A stretch of 64,000 bases of DNA from Hydrogenispora ethanolica (lineage in GTDB: Bacteria; Bacillota; UBA4882; UBA8346), in NCBI RefSeq assembly GCF_004340685.1, contig NZ_SLUN01000018.1, forward strand, positions 54,709 to 118,708, read 5' to 3'. Numbering within the stretch: position 1 is the stretch's first letter; each line of letters begins with the position of its first letter. The notes beneath the pieces are model-generated. The model saw only the letters and a list, made by a program, of their open reading frames with translations, had not been told where the DNA came from and searched no databases. The position numbers were made by a program, and so were the translations under genes. Below are positions 60,036-64,000 of this stretch, in pieces.

Positions 60036-60662
60036 TCAGGTATAATAGGCCAAACTTTGCAGGTCGAGGGTCACATCGGAATTCTGCACTTTGATTCCGG
60101 GCGGAGTCTTGATGGAAGCGGGCACAAAGTTTAAAAAAGAAGTGATCCCATTCTCCACGCAGGCATCGACAATCTCTTGAACATTGACCGCCGGAAAGGC
60201 CAGGATCATCATCTTGATATTCAATTCCCGGATCTTCACGGACAACTGGTCGATGTGGTAAATCTCCACTTCGGCGACTTTCCGGCCGACCTTCTTCTCA
60301 TCATTGTCGAATAACGCCACGATTTGCAATGGCTTATGAACCGGGCTCCGCTGATGATACCGCACCAGGGCGGCGCCGAGGTTTCCGGCGCCGATCAGCC
60401 CCACCCTTACTTCGCGGTCGAGTTTTAAGATCCGCCGCAACTCATCTTTTAAGGATACGGTGTGATACCCTACTCCCTGTTTTCCAAAGACTCCAAAATA
60501 AGAGAGGTCCTTACGCACTTGTACCGATGAGGTGCCCACCATCGTCGCCATTTGTTCGGAGGAGATGATGGGCAGCTCCGCCGGATCAATGACGCTCAAC
60601 ACCCGTAAATATAAAGGCAAACGCCGAATCACTACATCAGGTACTTTTTTATCGCGATTCAC
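60036..60662 (-). CDS. rex: Redox-sensing transcriptional repressor Rex
   Basis: IRRLPLYLRVL winged-helix N-terminus; Rossmann NADH-binding domain (GAGNLG). Confidence 0.9.
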   Translation of the reverse strand: MNRDKKVPDVVIRRLPLYLRVLSVIDPAELPIISSEQMATMVGTSSVQVRKDLSYFGVFGKQGVGYHTVSLKDELRRILKLDREVRVGLIGAGNLGAALVRYHQRSPVHKPLQIVALFDNDEKKVGRKVAEVEIYHIDQLSVKIRELNIKMMILAFPAVNVQEIVDACVENGITSFLNFVPASIKTPPGIKVQNSDVTLDLQSLAYYT

Positions 60663-61027
60663 AGGCCATTCTTTCCCTTCATTGTGGACTTCAACTTTTT
60701 TGGAATAAATTTTTTATGTTCTACATGAAATCCTTAATTTCCTCTTTATTCTACCGAATCGTTGCGATAAAGCGTTGTGATAAACCCCGGCCGAAGGCCG
60801 CGGCTTGAAGCAGACGTATTTGATCCCCGTTGATCCGCTCTCTTAATTCCCTTAATTTTACAATTATTATACCATGACGAACTGCAAATTTCATCTCTCG
60901 ATTCTCGAACAGCTTAGGATAGGCTTATTTTGTTCTCTCCGTTTTCAACCGGTTTCCAAGGCAGGAAATAACAGAAAATCGTGGAAATAAACCTGTAACG
61001 AACGACAGATACGAAAGGAGCCGAATC

Positions 61028-61609
61028 ATGGCGGAGTGGTGGAGCAACATCCCTGCTTTTGAGAGGATATTCTGGTATTTTGCCCTGCCGTTTACGGTTG
61101 TGTTGATCCTGCAACTCATTTTGACCTTTATCGGCCTGGAATGGCATGATGGCGGTTTTGAGGCTTCCCATGGCTTGGATGCCGGCCACGAGACTGATTT
61201 CCAGGCCGGGTTCCGCCTTTTTACGCTGCGCAATTTTATCATCTTTTTTACCGGATTCGGTTGGGCCGGCCTCTTTGCGATCCACGCCGGATTTGGCCAG
61301 ACGGTTACCATTCTATTCGCTTTTTTAGTCGGTCTCTTCCTGATGTTTGCCGTGGCCGGAATGTTTTATCTGATGACCCGGCTCACTCAAAGCGGCAATA
61401 TCAACCTCTCCAACGCCGCCCATAGTTCGGGGCGGGTCTATCTTCCCATTCCCGGCAACCGCTCCGGCATGGGCCAGGTCCAGATCACCGTTCAGGGTGC
61501 GATCCGGGAAGTCGATGCCATGACCGACGGCGAACCCCTGCCCACCGGAACCCCGATACAAGTCACGGAAGTGCTGAACGAGGAGGTTCTAATCGTCAAG
61601 AAGAATTGA
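61028..61609 (+). CDS. NfeD-family membrane protein (YuaF-like), partner of flotillin
   Basis: N-terminal TM helices plus a C-terminal OB-fold-like region; directly precedes the flotillin gene. Confidence 0.65.
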   Translation: MAEWWSNIPAFERIFWYFALPFTVVLILQLILTFIGLEWHDGGFEASHGLDAGHETDFQAGFRLFTLRNFIIFFTGFGWAGLFAIHAGFGQTVTILFAFLVGLFLMFAVAGMFYLMTRLTQSGNINLSNAAHSSGRVYLPIPGNRSGMGQVQITVQGAIREVDAMTDGEPLPTGTPIQVTEVLNEEVLIVKKN

Positions 61610-61657
61610 GCGGGAACCGAGGCGCCCGCCCGACCCGGAATCATTTCTAAGGAGGTC

Positions 61658-63058
61658 TTGCCCTTGTTGACCAGCCAATACCTGTTAGTGCTCGTCATCG
61701 TGAGCGTGGTCGTCGTCTTTGTGACCTTTTCTTCGGTTTTAAAACGCTATAAACGCTGTCCTTCGGATAAAATTCTGGTGGTCTACGGCCGGACCGGCAA
61801 ATCCAAGGACGGTACCGCCCGCTCGGCGACGTGCATTCACGGCGGAGCCGCCTTTATCTGGCCGGTGATCCAGGACTATCAATACCTGGATCTGACGCCG
61901 TTTTCGATCGAGGTCAATCTGACCAAGGCGCTCAGCAAACAGAATATCCGGGTCGATGTCCCTTCCCGGTTTACGGTGGGCATCTCCACCGAACAAGGGG
62001 TGATGACCAATGCCGCCGAGCGGCTGCTCGGCCTGAAGCTGGAAGTGATTCAGGATCTGGCCAAGGACATCATCTTCGGCCAGTTGCGGCTGGTCATCGC
62101 CACCATGGACATCGAGGAGATCAATTCCGACCGGGATAAATTCCTGGCCAATGTCTCCAACAACGTGGAAGCCGAGTTAAAAAAGATCGGCCTGAAGCTG
62201 ATCAACGTCAACGTAACCGATATCAAGGACGAATCCGGCTACATCGAGGCTCTTGGCAAGGAAGCGGCCGCCAAGGCCATCAACGACGCCAAGAAGAGCG
62301 TGGCCGAGAAAGACCGCGACGGCGCCATCGGCGAGGCCAACGCCCAACGCGACGAGCGGGTCCAGGTTTCCGAAGCCAACGCCCGGGCGGTGGAGGGCGA
62401 AAACCTGGCTAAAATTCTGATCGCCAATTCCGACGCCGACCGGCGCGAGAAGGAGGCCGAAGCCACCCGGAAGGCCACCGCGGCCGAGAAGATCCAATCC
62501 GCCAGGGCGCTTGAGGAAGCTTACAAGGCCGAGCAGGAAGCGGAACTGTCCCGTTCGGAGCGGGAACGGGCCACCCGGACGGCGGACATTCTGGTTCCGG
62601 CGGAAATCGACAAGGAGCAAGTGCAGATCGCGGCCGAGGCGGAAGCCGAAAAGACGCGGCGGATCGCCAAGGGCGAGGCGGACGCGATCTTGATGGAGAT
62701 GGAGGCGCGGGCCAGGGGACTCAATGAGATCCTGAGCAAACAGGCGGACGGCTTCCAAAAGATCGTGGCGGCGGCCGGGAACGACGCCACCAAAGCGGCG
62801 ATGCTGATGATCGCCGACAAGCTTCCGGAGATTGTCAAGATCCAGGTCGAGGCGGTCAAGAATCTCAAGATCGACAAAGTGACGGTCTGGGACTCGATGA
62901 GCCAGAACGGCGCGCCCACCACCGCCAATTTCCTCTCCGGCATGCTCAAGTCGATACCGCCGCTGGATGAGCTATTCAAAACCGCCGGACTGCAGTTGCC
63001 CAATTATTTGGCGGAACCCTTGAAAGAAACGGCGGCCGAAGCGGAAAAAGAAAAATAA
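61658..63058 (+). CDS. Flotillin-like SPFH/band-7 protein (FloT/YuaG-type)
   Basis: N-terminal TM, SPFH domain, and a long Ala/Glu-rich coiled-coil flotillin repeat region. Confidence 0.85.
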   Translation: MPLLTSQYLLVLVIVSVVVVFVTFSSVLKRYKRCPSDKILVVYGRTGKSKDGTARSATCIHGGAAFIWPVIQDYQYLDLTPFSIEVNLTKALSKQNIRVDVPSRFTVGISTEQGVMTNAAERLLGLKLEVIQDLAKDIIFGQLRLVIATMDIEEINSDRDKFLANVSNNVEAELKKIGLKLINVNVTDIKDESGYIEALGKEAAAKAINDAKKSVAEKDRDGAIGEANAQRDERVQVSEANARAVEGENLAKILIANSDADRREKEAEATRKATAAEKIQSARALEEAYKAEQEAELSRSERERATRTADILVPAEIDKEQVQIAAEAEAEKTRRIAKGEADAILMEMEARARGLNEILSKQADGFQKIVAAAGNDATKAAMLMIADKLPEIVKIQVEAVKNLKIDKVTVWDSMSQNGAPTTANFLSGMLKSIPPLDELFKTAGLQLPNYLAEPLKETAAEAEKEK

Positions 63059-63103
63059 TTTGCGTACGGCTGGCGGCGGACTGCGCTACAAAATTGAATC
63101 GAA

Positions 63104-63146
63104 AAATGGCTGGTTCTCGTGAAGAGAGCCAGCCATTTTCGTTTCT
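63104..63146 (+). terminator. Rho-independent terminator after the flotillin gene
   Basis: ATGGCTGGTTCTC-gtgaa-GAGAGCCAGCCAT followed by TTTTCGTTTC. Confidence 0.7.
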
Positions 63147-63199
63147 GTCAAAACCTTTTTAGCGCCATGGAACACCTAGGATCAATCGAACTTATCCCC

Positions 63200-63540
63200 G
63201 CGCAATGTTTATTTAAACTCTGTTTCGCTTTCGTCCTGTTTCCCGGAACCTCGGGGAAGCTTCCCGAAGCTTCATGGATGCTTCCCGAAAGATTGGTCCT
63301 CTTTCCCGGAGGTTTAGGGAAGCATCCCGAAGGATTGGTCCTATATCCCGAAGCCTTGGGGATGGTTCCCGGGGGCTCCGGGATGCTAGGATGAACCTTC
63401 GGGAAGAAAGGATCACAGGATCCTATGAAAGGATCATGGGATCCCTTACAAGGATGAAGACCATCCCTTACACGGATCCTTACATCCCTTACAAGGATCG
63501 CAAGATCCTTTGAAAGGATCGAAGCATCCTGGGCTTCCCC
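63200..63540. repeat. Low-complexity tract dense in short palindromes (GGGAAGCTTCCC, GAAGCTTC, GGATCC, AAGGATC/GATCCTT), abutting the IS3 end
   Basis: Seen directly. Four mutually overlapping ORFs on both strands (63119-63567) are open here, which fits non-coding low complexity. Confidence 0.7.
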
Positions 63541-63559
63541 CGAGAAACTAGACACCAAG

Positions 63560-64000
63560 TTAAGCACTTTTTCTTCGATTTTCGAAGTATTCCGGGGTCA
63601 TGCTACCAATTGAAGAATGACGGCGTTTACGATTGTAATCAATTTCGATATATTCAAAGATCTCACGTTTAGCCAAGACTCTGGAAAGATAGATCTTATC
63701 TTGAATACACTCAGTCTTCAGAGTGCTAAAAAAGCTTTCCATGGGGGCGTTATCCCAGCAGTTGCCCTTGCGGCTCATTGAGCAAATCATGCCATGTTTC
63801 GTTAAAATATCTTGGTAGGGATTACTGGCGTATTGAACACCGCGATCCGAATGATGCATCAAGCCTTTTTGAGGCTTACGATGCTTAATCGCCATCTTTA
63901 GGGCCGATATCGCCAAGTCGGCAGTCATCCTCTCGGACATGGCCCAACCAACGATTTTCCGGGAGTACAAATCCATGACAGCGGCTAAATATAACCAGCC
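63560..64000 (-). mobile_element. IS3-family transposase (OrfB, DDE/rve integrase core), partial; it continues beyond the window end
   Basis: …[10 protein letters not shown]…[12 protein letters not shown]… rve-domain motifs with a DDE-type C-terminus. Confidence 0.85.

Noticed and set aside
63119-63567. Four overlapping ORFs on both strands in the palindromic tract
   Set aside because: Mutual overlap in several frames and low-complexity translations indicate a non-coding repeat, not genes.

Overview
This 64 kb chromosomal window appears to come from a Firmicute with a Gram-negative-type (diderm) envelope. The evidence for that is gene order: a Bacillus-like comFA-comFC-yvyF-flgM-flgN-flgK-flgL-fliW-csrA block, Rex, EtfAB with a ferredoxin domain, and an lpxK-waaA-kdsB-kdsA-kdsD-lpxL block. 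Nearly all genes lie on the minus strand.

Main contents, in coordinate order:
- Two tandem chemosensory modules (about 900-21530). Che-B: cheA-cheW-cheR-cheB, then a 1006-aa PAS hybrid kinase (REC + Hpt), a CheY-like regulator and a LuxR-type DNA-binding response regulator; it has no MCP, cheD or adjacent cheY. Che-A: cheW-mcp-cheR-cheA-cheY-cheD-cheB, then an 1181-aa PAS hybrid kinase (2 REC + Hpt), behind a sigma-D-like promoter.
- A GATC-saturated 21/42-bp tandem repeat array (21842-22102).
- ybaK, then a pncA-pncB NAD salvage pair.
- An argC-J-B-D-G operon carrying two copies of a conserved nested-hairpin element of roughly 140 nt.
- etfAB-acd, Kdo/lipid A genes, aroK, glxK and an Ldh_2 family dehydrogenase.
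- The late flagellar block, including a 770-aa FlgL with a triplicated insert.
- recD2, rex, an nfeD-flotillin pair, a palindromic low-complexity tract and a partial IS3 transposase at the 3' edge.

I see no defence island. The most unusual system-level feature is the duplicated che-module plus PAS-hybrid-kinase/Hpt phosphorelay, one copy MCP-less with a LuxR output. The most unusual small-scale features are the GATC array and the duplicated arg leader element.
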